The notes under the pieces are model-generated. The model was not told the DNA's origin, made no database searches, and was given only the letters and a program-made list of their open reading frames with translations. The translations under genes and the position numbers were made by a program. Of a DNA stretch of 64,000 nucleotides, positions 8,964-19,824 are shown in pieces (position 1 is the stretch's first letter; each line of letters opens with the position of its first letter). The stretch comes from Gammaproteobacteria bacterium (GTDB lineage: Bacteria; Pseudomonadota; Gammaproteobacteria; Ga0077536): contig CAXXLL010000002.1 in the NCBI GenBank assembly GCA_963662545.2, positions 960,001-1,024,000 on the forward strand, given 5' to 3'.

Positions 8964-10145
8964 TTATGGCGGAAACAGATCGACGGCGTCGTAACCGTAG
9001 ATCCAGCCGGGATCCGCGAATCCTCCGCCGCGAAATTCCTCACCGTTCTCGTCGCGCCCGACTGCGTGATTGAGCTGTCCCTGTTCCCACGCGGCGGCCT
9101 GCATCTTGGACGTCCGTTCGAGGCGTGCCTGCTCGTAGTTCCTCAAGGCGGAGGCGGAACTCGCAGCATAGTCAATGCAGGCCGCGAGGACCCATGCGTC
9201 CTCGACCGCCATCACCGCGCCCTGTGCCAGATAGGGCACCATGGGATGCGCGGCGTCGCCAAGCAGTGTCACTCGGTCGGTCGACCAGCTCGGTAGCGGA
9301 TCGCGCACGAGCAAGGCCCACTTGTAGCATTCACCCTGAAGCGTCAGATCGACCAGCGTACGGACGATCTCATTCCAGCCGTCGAAATTTCGCGTGAGCG
9401 ACTCCTTGTCCGCCTTGGTCGTCCACGATTCGTCCAGCCAGCCGTCTTCCTCGATCAGGGCAACGTAGTTGATCAACTCGCCGCGCCGCACCGGATAGGC
9501 GACGAAGTGCTTGCCGGGTCCGACCCAGACGTTGAGCTTGGGTTCCACGAAATCAGGCGGCAGCATTTTCGTCGCGACCATGCCGCGGTAAGCAACGTGC
9601 CCGGTAAAGCGCGCGTCGATTTCTCCGTGGATCGAGGCTCTGACCCGAGAATGCACGCCGTCGGCTGCGATGAGTATTTCGGCTCGCTCGGCCATGCCGT
9701 TTTCGAATTCAACGGTAACGCCATCGTCGCCCTCTACGATAGCGACGGCTTGACGGTCAACGGCAATGCAATCCGGGTCATTTGCAAGCACCGCCTGAGA
9801 TAAGGCGGCGTGTAGATCAGCGCGATGGAAACTGTAAAACGGTGCGCCGAAGCGGCGTTCGAATTCGTCGTCTAGCGGACCTTCGAAGTTGGCGATCCCG
9901 GTTCTGAAATGCTTTGTTGAAATGGCCCGAGGGCGGGCCGCCACTGATGCCAACGCGTGTTCCAGCCCGAGTGCATTGAGGACTTTCATACCGTTCGGAC
10001 TCAAGTGCAGGCCGGCGCCGATTTCGCCCAAGGCGCGCGCCTGCTCGAAGACTCGAATGTCGAATCCGCGGTTTTGCAAGGCCAGTGCCGCGCTGAGCCC
10101 GCCGATGCCGGCGCCGATGATCGCGATGGACGTGGACTTTTTCAC
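8964..10145 (-). CDS. FAD-dependent monooxygenase (salicylate-hydroxylase-like)
   Basis: GAGIGG, AADGVHS and LLGDAAHPMVPYLAQGA. Confidence 0.9.
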   Translation of the reverse strand: MKKSTSIAIIGAGIGGLSAALALQNRGFDIRVFEQARALGEIGAGLHLSPNGMKVLNALGLEHALASVAARPRAISTKHFRTGIANFEGPLDDEFERRFGAPFYSFHRADLHAALSQAVLANDPDCIAVDRQAVAIVEGDDGVTVEFENGMAERAEILIAADGVHSRVRASIHGEIDARFTGHVAYRGMVATKMLPPDFVEPKLNVWVGPGKHFVAYPVRRGELINYVALIEEDGWLDESWTTKADKESLTRNFDGWNEIVRTLVDLTLQGECYKWALLVRDPLPSWSTDRVTLLGDAAHPMVPYLAQGAVMAVEDAWVLAACIDYAASSASALRNYEQARLERTSKMQAAAWEQGQLNHAVGRDENGEEFRGGGFADPGWIYGYDAVDLFPP

Positions 10146-10493
10146 GGGACGGATCGGATCTCAAGAAGGTTGGGAGAAATTAGTCTGCGCCCATTTCAGT
10201 GTCAAATGGATTGGGGCGGCTGGTGAACGCAATCGGTGCGGCTTCGCAGAGAGGCTTGAATCCGCTGGCAGATTCGATGCCCGACGGCTGATACATCAGC
10301 GGGCGGGGAAACTGTAATGGTCTTTGCCGTAGTGGACGACTCGCGATTGCGAAGTGCGATTTCACGCATTTATTGCGACATTCGTCACATCTGGGCGCGA
10401 CCAATGCCTGTCATTGGGCGTCAAGGCCGACTAATCTATGTCGATAGCAGAGGCAGGAATTGAACTGCCGGAATTGGTCAAGGAGTGTTGCAG

Positions 10494-10730
10494 ATGAAAA
10501 CCCCCGTAGTATTGCTGGCTTTGATACTGGCTGCTCTTATTTGGAGCCAAACCGGTGTCGCGAGCTACGTCGCCGGCCGGACCGTCCCGCCGGACGTCCA
10601 GTCGATCCTGTTGGAAACGTCTTCGGAGAACCCGGTCACCTACGAAGGCAGTTCAGGTAAGAACAAATCCAAGCTTCGAACCGACACCAAGAAGTGTTCA
10701 AAACGGGACAAGGACTGCAACGACGAATAA
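10494..10730 (+). CDS. Small putative secreted hypothetical protein
   Basis: AGGAG RBS, signal-peptide-like N-terminus, C-terminal CSKRDKDC. Confidence 0.5.
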   Translation: MKTPVVLLALILAALIWSQTGVASYVAGRTVPPDVQSILLETSSENPVTYEGSSGKNKSKLRTDTKKCSKRDKDCNDE

Positions 10731-10813
10731 CTAAATCAGGGCGCCTGCCGGACGATGGGCCTGCACGTCTTGCATGGACCTGCAGGCTTATGGTGGTCCC
10801 ACCCGCAAGCGGG

Positions 10814-11569
10814 CTAAGCGCCAGCCGATTTCCCGCCATCGACGGGTAGTGCGACGCCTGTCATAAAACTGGCGCGCTCCGAGGCAAGGAATGTAAAAGC
10901 CTCGACCACATCTTCGTTTGTCGGCAGGTGTTTGAGCTTGCTGGCCTGCGCGAAAGCTTCGTAAGCCGCCTTGGGATCGTCTGCGCGGTTAAATCCCTGC
11001 CACCCCATGTCATTATCGACCGTCGTCGGGCAGACGCAATTCACCCGGACCTCAGGCGCGAGTTCCATTGCCATCGAGCGCGTCAGGCTGGCGACGGCGC
11101 CTTTCGAAGTGCAGTAGACAGTGATGTTGGCGAATCCCATCACGCCCGCGATCGATGAGTGATTCACGATCACGCCTTTCGATTCCCGTAGGGCCGCAAG
11201 CGCGGCGCGGCTGCAAAAGAAAGTGCTTTTGACGTTGGCATCCATGGTCGTGTCCCACATCGTTTCATCGGTCTCTTCGATGGATGCGATGGGATATAAA
11301 CCGGCGTTTTTGATGAGAATGTCGAGCCCGCCAAGTCCGTCGAGTGCGCGCCCGACTGCGGCTTCACAGCCCGCGGTGCTCGACAAGTCGCCCGCCGCGG
11401 GAACAAAATTTTCGCCGCTGCCGAGCTTAAGAATCGATGCCGCCACGCCATCTTCCGTGCGGCCGTTGATCGCGACCCGCGCGCCATGCTCATGAAAACG
11501 CCGGGCCAATGCCTGGCCGATGCCCCGGGTTGACCCCGTGACGAGAACGCGTTTACCGCTGAATTCCAT
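10814..11569 (-). CDS. SDR-family oxidoreductase
   Basis: TGSTRGIG, NAG, YCTSK and VDGG. Confidence 0.92.
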   Translation of the reverse strand: MEFSGKRVLVTGSTRGIGQALARRFHEHGARVAINGRTEDGVAASILKLGSGENFVPAAGDLSSTAGCEAAVGRALDGLGGLDILIKNAGLYPIASIEETDETMWDTTMDANVKSTFFCSRAALAALRESKGVIVNHSSIAGVMGFANITVYCTSKGAVASLTRSMAMELAPEVRVNCVCPTTVDNDMGWQGFNRADDPKAAYEAFAQASKLKHLPTNEDVVEAFTFLASERASFMTGVALPVDGGKSAGA

Positions 11570-11827
11570 AACTGCTCCCGCTCCGTACGCCGCAATGGAC
11601 GCCAAGTGGGAGAATTTACTTTGAATTGATCCGCGGATCACCTGTGCAGCGGATGTGCGATGCTATCGACTATAGGACCAGGGGGTGGTCTCGAAGCTTT
11701 CTTTGCCGCGGGCGGGGCGTTTGCCGACAAGCCGGCTCCTACTTCCGCATCGATAATTCTACGCCTGCCATCCTTGGCGTTGCTTCCCGGACTGCGTTTT
11801 ACCCCGGCCCGCACATGGATGTACGCG

Positions 11828-12457
11828 CTAAGCGGCCTGCGCCGCCCTCGCCGGAAACGGGTCCTTCCATGCGGGCAAGATCAGGAGCTGGTCGTGCCAG
11901 CGCTTGATCTGTGGGAAGTCGTCGAGCGGCAGTTGCGCTTCTGCGGCCGTCGGCAGCATCGAGGCGACCGCGAAGTCGGCAACGCTGAGCGAGTCGGCGA
12001 CGAGGTATTCGCGACCATCGAGATGCTGTTCGAGAACGCTCGCGAACTGCTTGAAAAAGCCGCTCGCTTCCTCGATCAGATCCGCATCCGGCTCACCCAT
12101 GCCGAAAGCCGGTTTGATGTAGTTTTGGAAATAAAGCGTACTGGCGTGGCGCGAAAAATGCGCGATGTCCCACATGAACCATTTCAATACCTCGACCTGT
12201 AGAGCGTTGGCCCGTGGCCACAACTCGGATCCGGCAAGCTGGGCGATATAAACCATGATCGCGTGGCTTTCCCACAGTGCAGTGCCGCCGTCTTTTAGCG
12301 CCGGCACCTTGCCGTTCGGATTAATCGCCAGGAATTCAGGTGATTTCTGCTCGCCCTTGGTCAGGTCGATTCGCACCCATTCGACGGGCGCGTCCAGGTA
12401 TTTCGCGACCGCGCAGGGCTTACGCGGGTTCGGGGTTTCGAAGTAGTAAAGTTTCAT
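11828..12457 (-). CDS. Glutathione S-transferase
   Basis: INPNGKVPAL, WESHAI and SVADF; start at ATG 12457. Confidence 0.9.
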   Translation of the reverse strand: MKLYYFETPNPRKPCAVAKYLDAPVEWVRIDLTKGEQKSPEFLAINPNGKVPALKDGGTALWESHAIMVYIAQLAGSELWPRANALQVEVLKWFMWDIAHFSRHASTLYFQNYIKPAFGMGEPDADLIEEASGFFKQFASVLEQHLDGREYLVADSLSVADFAVASMLPTAAEAQLPLDDFPQIKRWHDQLLILPAWKDPFPARAAQAA

Positions 12458-12526
12458 AGCAGTCTCCATGGTGGGGTCCAGTTTGTCGTTTCGAATACCG
12501 GTTTCGCCAAGCGTAATTCCAAATAT

Positions 12527-12546
12527 AATATGTTCAAGAACATATT
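12527..12546. promoter_or_regulatory. Probable TetR operator
   Basis: Perfect 9-bp inverted repeat AATATGTTC-AA-GAACATATT between the divergent GST and TetR genes. Confidence 0.7.
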
Positions 12547-12592
12547 TTAAAATCGCGCTAGGCTGTAGCGATCCAGCCTTGAGCCAACCCGT

Positions 12593-13180
12593 ATGCCCTA
12601 TACCGCAAAGCACAAGCAAAACACCCGCGCCCGCATCGTCGAATGCGCCCGCCAGCTGTTCAACCGACGTGGTTTCGTCGAAGTTTCGATCGACGAGATC
12701 ATGGCAGAAGCAGGATTAACTCGCGGCGGTTTTTATAATCATTTCAACAACAAAGAAGATCTATTTGTGGAAGCGATTGACCTGTACGCTCACTGTAATC
12801 CGGCCGATCGCTGGGACGATGTGGTGCTCGATTTTTCGGCATCCGGGCGCGAGCTCGCCCGGCAGATGATCAACGCCTACCTCTCTCTTGCTCACCTTGA
12901 AGACATTGCGGGGCATTGTCCGCTGATCGCGCTGCCGTCCGATGTGGCGCGGGCTACCCCACGCGTCAAGGATTCTTACCGCAAGTTGCTCGAAGGGATG
13001 GCCGGCATCTTCCAGGCGGGCGTCAACTCTGGCAACGGCGAGGAGCCGCGTGATCGAGGCCTGGCGCTCGCGGCCCTGTGTGTTGGCGGTATGGTGTTGG
13101 CGCGGACCTTCGATGATCCGGCCTTTGGCAACGAGATTCGTGAAGCGGTCCGAATAATGGCCCTCGAACTCATTGAGTAA
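12593..13180 (+). CDS. TetR/AcrR-family regulator
   Basis: N-terminal HTH GFVEVSIDEIMAEAGLTRGGFYNHF. Confidence 0.93.
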   Translation: MPYTAKHKQNTRARIVECARQLFNRRGFVEVSIDEIMAEAGLTRGGFYNHFNNKEDLFVEAIDLYAHCNPADRWDDVVLDFSASGRELARQMINAYLSLAHLEDIAGHCPLIALPSDVARATPRVKDSYRKLLEGMAGIFQAGVNSGNGEEPRDRGLALAALCVGGMVLARTFDDPAFGNEIREAVRIMALELIE

Positions 13181-13206
13181 CCGTTCGACGTAGGACCCGG
13201 GACGGC

Positions 13207-13743
13207 TTACAACAACGGCTTATCCGATTTGGCCGACTCCGACCAGTAAAGCGCCTCGTTCGAATCCCGGCGGACACCCAGGCCTTCAGCGTACATGTTG
13301 GCGATGAGTGCCTGCGCCTGTTTGTGACCGTACTTCGCGGCCTGCAGCAGCAGCGGCGCAGCGTCGTCGAACTGCTTACGGGTGAACATCGTCATCGCAT
13401 CGTTGACGAGGATCCGGCATAACCGGGCCTGACCTTCGCGGGTAGATTGCTCGGCGACGAGATTGGGTTTGTCCGGATAAGTCACTTCTTCGAGGCGCTG
13501 CTCGGATTCGGCGGCCTTTTCGAGTTCGATCGGGTCGACGTGTTCGACCTGGTAGATCTTCATGATCAAGTAGGCCGCCTTCATCGAACCGCGGGCCGCG
13601 GCGCGGTAGAGCCAGTTCAGGGCATCGCCGAGGTTCTTGTCGACACCACGACCGAGGTAGCGAATTTTTCCGTATAAATATTGGGCTTTAGAATCGTTCT
13701 GACGCGCGAGGTCCAACAGTCTTGTACTCAGCGGTGTGGCCAT
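13207..13743 (-). CDS. Sel1-repeat protein
   Basis: AQYLYG..YLGRGV and AQALIANMYAEGLGV..D..EALYW repeats. Confidence 0.82.
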   Translation of the reverse strand: MATPLSTRLLDLARQNDSKAQYLYGKIRYLGRGVDKNLGDALNWLYRAAARGSMKAAYLIMKIYQVEHVDPIELEKAAESEQRLEEVTYPDKPNLVAEQSTREGQARLCRILVNDAMTMFTRKQFDDAAPLLLQAAKYGHKQAQALIANMYAEGLGVRRDSNEALYWSESAKSDKPLL

Positions 13744-13899
13744 GTGAATATCTAGGCTCGATAGCATTAGTCGAAGCATCATAGTTCGAATTAAAATTCC
13801 TCGCCCCCCAATCCTCCGAATTCCCCCGGACTATGCCCAATATCATAAATATTTACGATTCGGCGGCGACGTGCGCGAGTGGTCGCTGAGGAGCAGACC

Positions 13900-14946
13900 A
13901 TGAACGTCACCGAACACACCGTGAAAGGTAAAACGCACACGAGCTTCTACCTCGCGGCAGGGACCGAGTCCGGACCGCTGGTGATCTTCCTGCACGGCTG
14001 GCCCGAGCTCTCGATCAGCTGGCGCCATCAGCTGCCCGTACTGGGCAGCCTTGGATTCAGGGCGATCGCGCCCGACATGCGCGGTTACGGCCGTTCCAGC
14101 GTGTATGCCGAACGTAGCGATTACGCCCTTGAGAGAATCGTCGCGGACATGATCGAACTCCTCGATGATCTCGGTCAGGAGCGCGCGATCTGGATAGGGC
14201 ACGACTGGGGTTGTGGCGTGGTCTGGAGCATTGCCAGCCACTATCCAGGCCGTTGTCACGGCGTTGCCAATCTGTGTGTCCCTTACCGGACCTTGGAGAT
14301 CGGCGCCGACACACTGATCGAGCTCGTAGACCGCAAGGTCTACCCGGTCGGCGACTACCCGGCCGGGCAATGGGACTATCAACGGTTCTACGAAGAAAAC
14401 TTCGCACGCGCGGTGCAGGTGTTCGATGCGAACCCCCGCAATGCGATCAAGGCGCTGTTTCAGAAGTGGGGGCCGGAAGGCACCGGTAAGCCGGCGCTCA
14501 CGGCGACCACGCGGCGCGACAAGGGTTGGTTCGGCGGCGCCGAAGAAGCACCGGATGTACCGCGAGATGACGATATCGTCTCCGAGGCGAATCTGTGCAT
14601 TTACGCGGCGGCGCTCGAACGCAACGGATTTTTCGGTGCGTGTTCGATCTACATGAATCACGAAGTGAACGCCGAATACGCAAAGCGCGCCAAAAACGAC
14701 GGCTATCTCGACATGCCCGTGCTGTTCCTGACGGGCGAGTACGATCATGTCTGCGAGTGTATGAGCTCGAGATTGCCGGAGCCCATGCGAGAATACTGCC
14801 GCAACCTGACGGAACGAACGATACGGTCGGGACATTGGATGGCGCAGGAGAAGCCACTGGATGTTAACAACGCGATCGTACGCTGGCTCGCGACGACCGG
14901 TTCGGGCGTATGGCCCGAGCCGCCGTTACCGATTGCCGAGACCTAA
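13900..14946 (+). CDS. Epoxide hydrolase-like alpha/beta hydrolase
   Basis: HGWPE, PDMRGYG, GHDWG and GHWMAQE. Confidence 0.9.
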   Translation: MNVTEHTVKGKTHTSFYLAAGTESGPLVIFLHGWPELSISWRHQLPVLGSLGFRAIAPDMRGYGRSSVYAERSDYALERIVADMIELLDDLGQERAIWIGHDWGCGVVWSIASHYPGRCHGVANLCVPYRTLEIGADTLIELVDRKVYPVGDYPAGQWDYQRFYEENFARAVQVFDANPRNAIKALFQKWGPEGTGKPALTATTRRDKGWFGGAEEAPDVPRDDDIVSEANLCIYAAALERNGFFGACSIYMNHEVNAEYAKRAKNDGYLDMPVLFLTGEYDHVCECMSSRLPEPMREYCRNLTERTIRSGHWMAQEKPLDVNNAIVRWLATTGSGVWPEPPLPIAET

Positions 14947-14969
14947 GCTCTATAATCTGAAAGAACATC

Positions 14970-16541
14970 ATGCGACCCATAGACTATTTCGATCACGGCG
15001 TTCAATTAGGCCCCGAACGTCTCTTTCTCATCGGTGCCGGCAAGCAAATCAGCTTTGGCGAAGCGCAGGGTATGACCGAGGCAATCGCCAAGGGGCTCTA
15101 TGCCGGCGGATTCGAGATCGGTGATTCCGTCGCCGTTTACTCGCCTAACGACCCGACTGCCGTCGTGTGCATATTCGCGGCCGCGCGGGCCGGCGGCGCA
15201 TGGATCCCCATCAGCGTGCGCAACTCGGCCAGCACCAACGCCGAATACATGGCCTACGTAGGTACCCGGTGGCTGTTCTTTCATTCCGAAGTCGCCCGGG
15301 AAGCAGCCGAAGCCATGGCGAGCCTGACCGATCTCAAGGGTATGATCTGCATCGATTCCGATGACTGTGGCAGTCCGTCGCTCGACGCATTCTGCAAGTC
15401 CGGTGCCGGCACTCAAATACCGGACTGGTCGGATCCTTTCAGCGCGTCGGATCACGTCTTTTCACGCTGGCCCACCGGCGGTACCACGGGGCCCTCAAAG
15501 GGCGTGGAGATGACCAACCATTCGATCGTCACCATGTTCGAACTCGGTCTGCGCCATTACGTGGGCGACCGGACCGACGACATCGTGCACCTCGCAGTCG
15601 CGCCGATCACGCACGCCGCCGGTCTCATGATTTTTGTGTTCGCGGCAGCAGGCGGAACGACGGTGGTGCATCCCGGCTTCGACGCGACGCAGGTCCTCGC
15701 GGCGATCGAAGAACACAAGGTAACCCATATTTTTCTACCGCCGACCGCGTACTATGCGCTCCTCGATCACCCGCTGGTAAGAAATTACGACTATTCCAGC
15801 CTCCGCCAGATCCTGATCGCGGCCGCGCCGGTGTCGCCGGACAAGTTTCGCGAAGGGGTCGACATCTTCGGCCCCGTGATCTGCCAGTGCTATGGGCAGG
15901 CCGAAGCGCCCATGCTGATCTCCATGCTGTCGCCGGGGGTCGTCGCGGCGGCTGCGCGCGGTGACCATCCCGAGCGCCTCAAAAGCTGCGGCAAAGCCAC
16001 CTCGTGCACTCAAATCGCCATCCTCGACGATGACGGCAATGGCATGCCCCTCGGAGAGCGGGGCGAGATCTGCTGCCGGGGTCCGCTGGTCACGCCGGGC
16101 TATTTCGAAAAGCCCGAGGCGACGGCGGAAGCGCATAAGTTCGGATGGCACCACACCGGGGATATCGGTTATCTCGACGCCCAGGGATACCTCTACATAG
16201 TCGACCGCAAGAAGGACATGATCATCACGGGCGGTTTCAATGTTTTCGCGACCGAGGTTGAAGAGCCGATACTGGCCATGCCGGAAGTGTTGGAATGCGC
16301 GGTAGTCGGCGTGCCCGACGATAAATGGGGCGAGGCGATCACGGCCGTGATCGTGCTCAAGCAAGGAGAATCACTGACTCCGGAGACTCTCATGGAACGA
16401 TGCCGCCCGAAGCTCGGCGGCGTCAAGTCACCGAAATCCGTCGAATTCTGGGACGCCATACCGAAGACCAGCGTCGGCAAGACGGACAAAAAAGCCATCC
16501 GCGCGAAATTCTGGGGCGATCGCGAGCGGGCGGTCAACTGA
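14970..16541 (+). CDS. AMP-dependent acyl-CoA synthetase
   Basis: TGGTTGPSKG, YGQAE, HTGDIG, DRKKDMIITGG and KTSVGK. Confidence 0.92.
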   Translation: MRPIDYFDHGVQLGPERLFLIGAGKQISFGEAQGMTEAIAKGLYAGGFEIGDSVAVYSPNDPTAVVCIFAAARAGGAWIPISVRNSASTNAEYMAYVGTRWLFFHSEVAREAAEAMASLTDLKGMICIDSDDCGSPSLDAFCKSGAGTQIPDWSDPFSASDHVFSRWPTGGTTGPSKGVEMTNHSIVTMFELGLRHYVGDRTDDIVHLAVAPITHAAGLMIFVFAAAGGTTVVHPGFDATQVLAAIEEHKVTHIFLPPTAYYALLDHPLVRNYDYSSLRQILIAAAPVSPDKFREGVDIFGPVICQCYGQAEAPMLISMLSPGVVAAAARGDHPERLKSCGKATSCTQIAILDDDGNGMPLGERGEICCRGPLVTPGYFEKPEATAEAHKFGWHHTGDIGYLDAQGYLYIVDRKKDMIITGGFNVFATEVEEPILAMPEVLECAVVGVPDDKWGEAITAVIVLKQGESLTPETLMERCRPKLGGVKSPKSVEFWDAIPKTSVGKTDKKAIRAKFWGDRERAVN

Positions 16542-16554
16542 CGCCGGCGCGGAT

Positions 16555-17439
16555 TTATATTCCGTTACGCTCCATCCATCCGGCGATCGCCTGGCCGATC
16601 GCCGGCGGATGGTCTTCCTGTATGTAGTGCGTGCCGGCGCCGACGTGCACGGCTTCCAGGGCGGGCAGGTTCTCGCTGCACCAATCAACCATCTGTTGCG
16701 GGATCAGGATCCCGGGATCCGCATACAGCAGGAGCTTGAGAACGTCTGATTGCTGCAGTTTCTCCATGTAGGCCATCTGCATGTCGTTGATGTTCTTGGG
16801 TTCACCGCCGATGCAGAGATTCTGCGGGAATTTGCACAGGATCTTTCTTGACTCGGGGTCGATCCAGGGCGCGCGATAGGCGTTGTGCTCGTCTTCCGTG
16901 AGCTGGCGATTAATGACGCCCGGTAGTACGCCTTCGATGAAGAGATTCTTTTCGACCATCATGTTCTCTGCTGCTTCCTGCGATGCTCGCAAGGTCTGGA
17001 AGAACTCGCGCAGATCATCGTCGAGCGCATCGTAACCCTGTACCGGTAACAGGAACGCGTCCACGAAGGCCAGGCCCTTGACGTTCTCGGGGTGTCGCAT
17101 CGCGTAATGGAAACTGGAGAAAGAACCTCAATCGTGTATCACAAAAGTGATGTTCTCGAGGTTTCGAGACCAGATGAATTCCTCGATGTATTTGATGTGA
17201 TCGGTCATCTCGTAGTCGATGTCGGGCTTGTCCGACATGCCGTAACCGATGAGGTCGAGCGCGATCAGCCGGCCGCGTCCTTCGAGTTCCGGCATGATGT
17301 TGCGCCACAGATAAGACCAGGTTGGCTGGCCATGCAGGAACAGGACGGGGTCGCCCGTACCCGATTCGACTTAGTGCATCTTCGAACCGAAGACCTCAGC
17401 GTACTTCGATGGGTAGGTAAAATCGCCGGGTTTGGTCAT
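16555..17439 (-). pseudogene. Haloalkane dehalogenase pseudogene (two nonsense codons)
   Basis: One frame reads MTKPGDF...KMH*VESG...[16 protein letters not shown]...VIHD*GS...HYIQED; stops at 17371-17373 (TAA) and 17128-17130 (TGA). Confidence 0.9.
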
Positions 17440-17500
17440 TGCCAATTTTGATACCCTTCGATCACGCGCGACGGTGTGTGATCTGGTTGGCGCGATGGGT

Positions 17501-18304
17501 TCAGGCGACGCGCACCGGTTGCCACGGTTCCTCATTCATGTTGTTCATGGCGTCGTAATCGTCGAACTTGCTGTAGGCGTAGGGCATGAACTCGTTGGCA
17601 TCGACCCGCGTGAGTTCAGTGCAACGGGCAGTAGTGTCCGCCTCGGTATAGCTGGCGCCCAGCATTTCGACGATCTCGATTTCGCCGAGCGGGTCGAGCG
17701 GGGTGTTGGCAAGCTTGAGGGTCGCGGTGCCCGACTCGACCTTGGCATTCATGACTTTGAAGGTCGCCATGACCAGGATCGGATCCCACTCCAGACCCTG
17801 GCCGTCGCATTTCGGCAGGAACTTGTAGTGAAAGTTCGTGAAGCCGCTCGGCGGATTCGCGACCGGTGTTTCCATCTTGGCCTCAGTCTCAATGATGGTC
17901 TGGCCGTAGCGTGTGACTGAACCGACCAGCTTGTCGCCATTGCGATCGAGCTTGGTGATGGCATATTTCTTGGGTTCGCCGAAGGTGTCCCGCCCGAAGA
18001 TGATCGCGGCGTCGCTCGACATCTGCATCGCCAGGCAGTAATCGCCCACGTGTTCACCGTGGCGTGCCTGCACGTAGAAACAGGCGCCCGAAAACGCGTG
18101 GCACACGTTGCTGCGGCCCCAATGCCCCATCAGCAGGGTTGCGATTGGCTCGTCGGTGGGCTCGAGGCCCGGCGGGAGGACGTGAGCGATGATGTCCGGC
18201 CTCGTAAGATACTGAACTGCGAGGAGCTTCGCGCTCATGAACTCGGCCTCAGCGAGGGTTGATTGAATGCGTTCGATTTCTTCTGGTGTCTTGACGAATC
18301 CCAT
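17501..18304 (-). CDS. Acetoacetate decarboxylase family protein
   Basis: LPPGLEP and GRDTFGEPKK with the catalytic Lys motif. Confidence 0.85.
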   Translation of the reverse strand: MGFVKTPEEIERIQSTLAEAEFMSAKLLAVQYLTRPDIIAHVLPPGLEPTDEPIATLLMGHWGRSNVCHAFSGACFYVQARHGEHVGDYCLAMQMSSDAAIIFGRDTFGEPKKYAITKLDRNGDKLVGSVTRYGQTIIETEAKMETPVANPPSGFTNFHYKFLPKCDGQGLEWDPILVMATFKVMNAKVESGTATLKLANTPLDPLGEIEIVEMLGASYTEADTTARCTELTRVDANEFMPYAYSKFDDYDAMNNMNEEPWQPVRVA

Positions 18305-18670
18305 GAATAGCTCTCCGTTCCTAAGCTTCAACGCAGGTTTAACTATGCACCGGAATGACATCCGGCGCCACTGCGCGGGGAATCGCGGGCAGGCCAGCTA
18401 TTTCCTGCGAGAATATTCTCGAAATAAACGGTCATTTGCCAACTTCTGCAAAATCTATCGTCTCAATTTCATCCCTTGACTGCGCTAACCAAAGCTGTGC
18501 TTCGGGACGCTTTAAAACCTTGTTCATATAGTCTGTGGAAAGCTCGGATACAGACACATCGTAAGTGGTAAATCGAAAAACGACAGGCGCAAACATACAA
18601 TCCGCAATTGAAAATTTGGAGTTGACCCGCTTTCGTGGATACCTGACCCTTTTAGAAGGAGGATTCCACG

Positions 18671-18979
18671 ATGCCCAAAACACGAACTGCCTATCCACCG
18701 GCCTTCCGGCAACAGATGATCGAACTGGTACGGGCGGGCCGCAGCCCGGAAGACCTTGCACGCGAGTTTGAGCCGACCGCACAGACCGTACGCAACTGGG
18801 TCGCGCAGGCCGACCGTGATGAAGGTCGCCGCAACGACGGTCTGACCACCGTCGAACGCGAAGAACTGCGGCGTCTGCGTCGGGAGAATCGGCGGCTACG
18901 TGAGGAACGGGAGATCCTTTCAAAAGCCACGGCCTGGTTCGCTCGGGAGACCGATTCGAGGAAATCTTCGAGTTCATGA
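18671..18979 (+). CDS. IS3 transposase OrfA
   Basis: HTH plus leucine-zipper LRRENRRLREEREIL; ATGA overlap with OrfB. Confidence 0.9.
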   Translation: MPKTRTAYPPAFRQQMIELVRAGRSPEDLAREFEPTAQTVRNWVAQADRDEGRRNDGLTTVEREELRRLRRENRRLREEREILSKATAWFARETDSRKSSSS

Positions 18980-19824
18980 AAGTGAATCAGGCCACCTACC
19001 GGATCGCGCCGATGTGCCGGCTACTCGGTGTCTCCCCGAGTGGCTACTACGCGTGTCGGACACGTGAACCCTCAGCGCGGTCGAAGCGCGACGCGCAACT
19101 CAAGGCACGTATCCAGGCCATCCACAGCTGGAGTCGAGGCACCTATGGGGCACCGCGTATTCACGCCGAGCTCGCGGATGAGGGGGCGCACGTGGGTCGC
19201 AAGCGCGTCGCCAGGCTGCTGCGTGAATTGGGTTTGGCCGGGGTGAGTCGACGCAAAAGGACGCGCACGACACGCCGCGATCACGATGCCCACCCGGCGC
19301 CGGATCTGGTCGAGCGTCACTTCGTGGCTTCGCGGCCGGACGCACTGTGGGTTGCTGACGTGACCTACGTGCCGACGTGGGCGGGGTTCGTGTATCTGGC
19401 GGTTGTCGTCGATGCATTCAGTCGGCGCGTCGTAGGCTGGTCGATGGCGACGCATCTGCGCACTGAGCTCGTGCTCGAGGCGCTCAATATGGCGCTATGG
19501 CAGCGTCGACCGAAGAATGTGATCCATCACAGTGACCAGGGCTGTCAGTACACTTCGTTCGCCTTCGGCAAGCGCTGCCGGTTAATGGGTGTACAACCGT
19601 CGATGGGATCGGTCGGCGATTGCTACGATAACGCGATGGCCGAGAGCTTCTTCGCGACGCTCGAATGCGAACTCATCGACCGCCACAGTTTCAAGACGCA
19701 GGCCGAAGCGAAGATGGCGATCTTCGAGTTCATCGAAGGCTGGTACAACCCGCACCGTCGTCACTCATCCCTCGGTCAGCAATCACCGCTAAACTATGAA
19801 AATAATTATCAACAGGCTGCTTGA
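18976..19824 (+). CDS. IS3 transposase OrfB (DDE)
   Basis: WVADVTY, HSDQGCQY and DNAMAESFF. Confidence 0.93.
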   Translation: MKVNQATYRIAPMCRLLGVSPSGYYACRTREPSARSKRDAQLKARIQAIHSWSRGTYGAPRIHAELADEGAHVGRKRVARLLRELGLAGVSRRKRTRTTRRDHDAHPAPDLVERHFVASRPDALWVADVTYVPTWAGFVYLAVVVDAFSRRVVGWSMATHLRTELVLEALNMALWQRRPKNVIHHSDQGCQYTSFAFGKRCRLMGVQPSMGSVGDCYDNAMAESFFATLECELIDRHSFKTQAEAKMAIFEFIEGWYNPHRRHSSLGQQSPLNYENNYQQAA

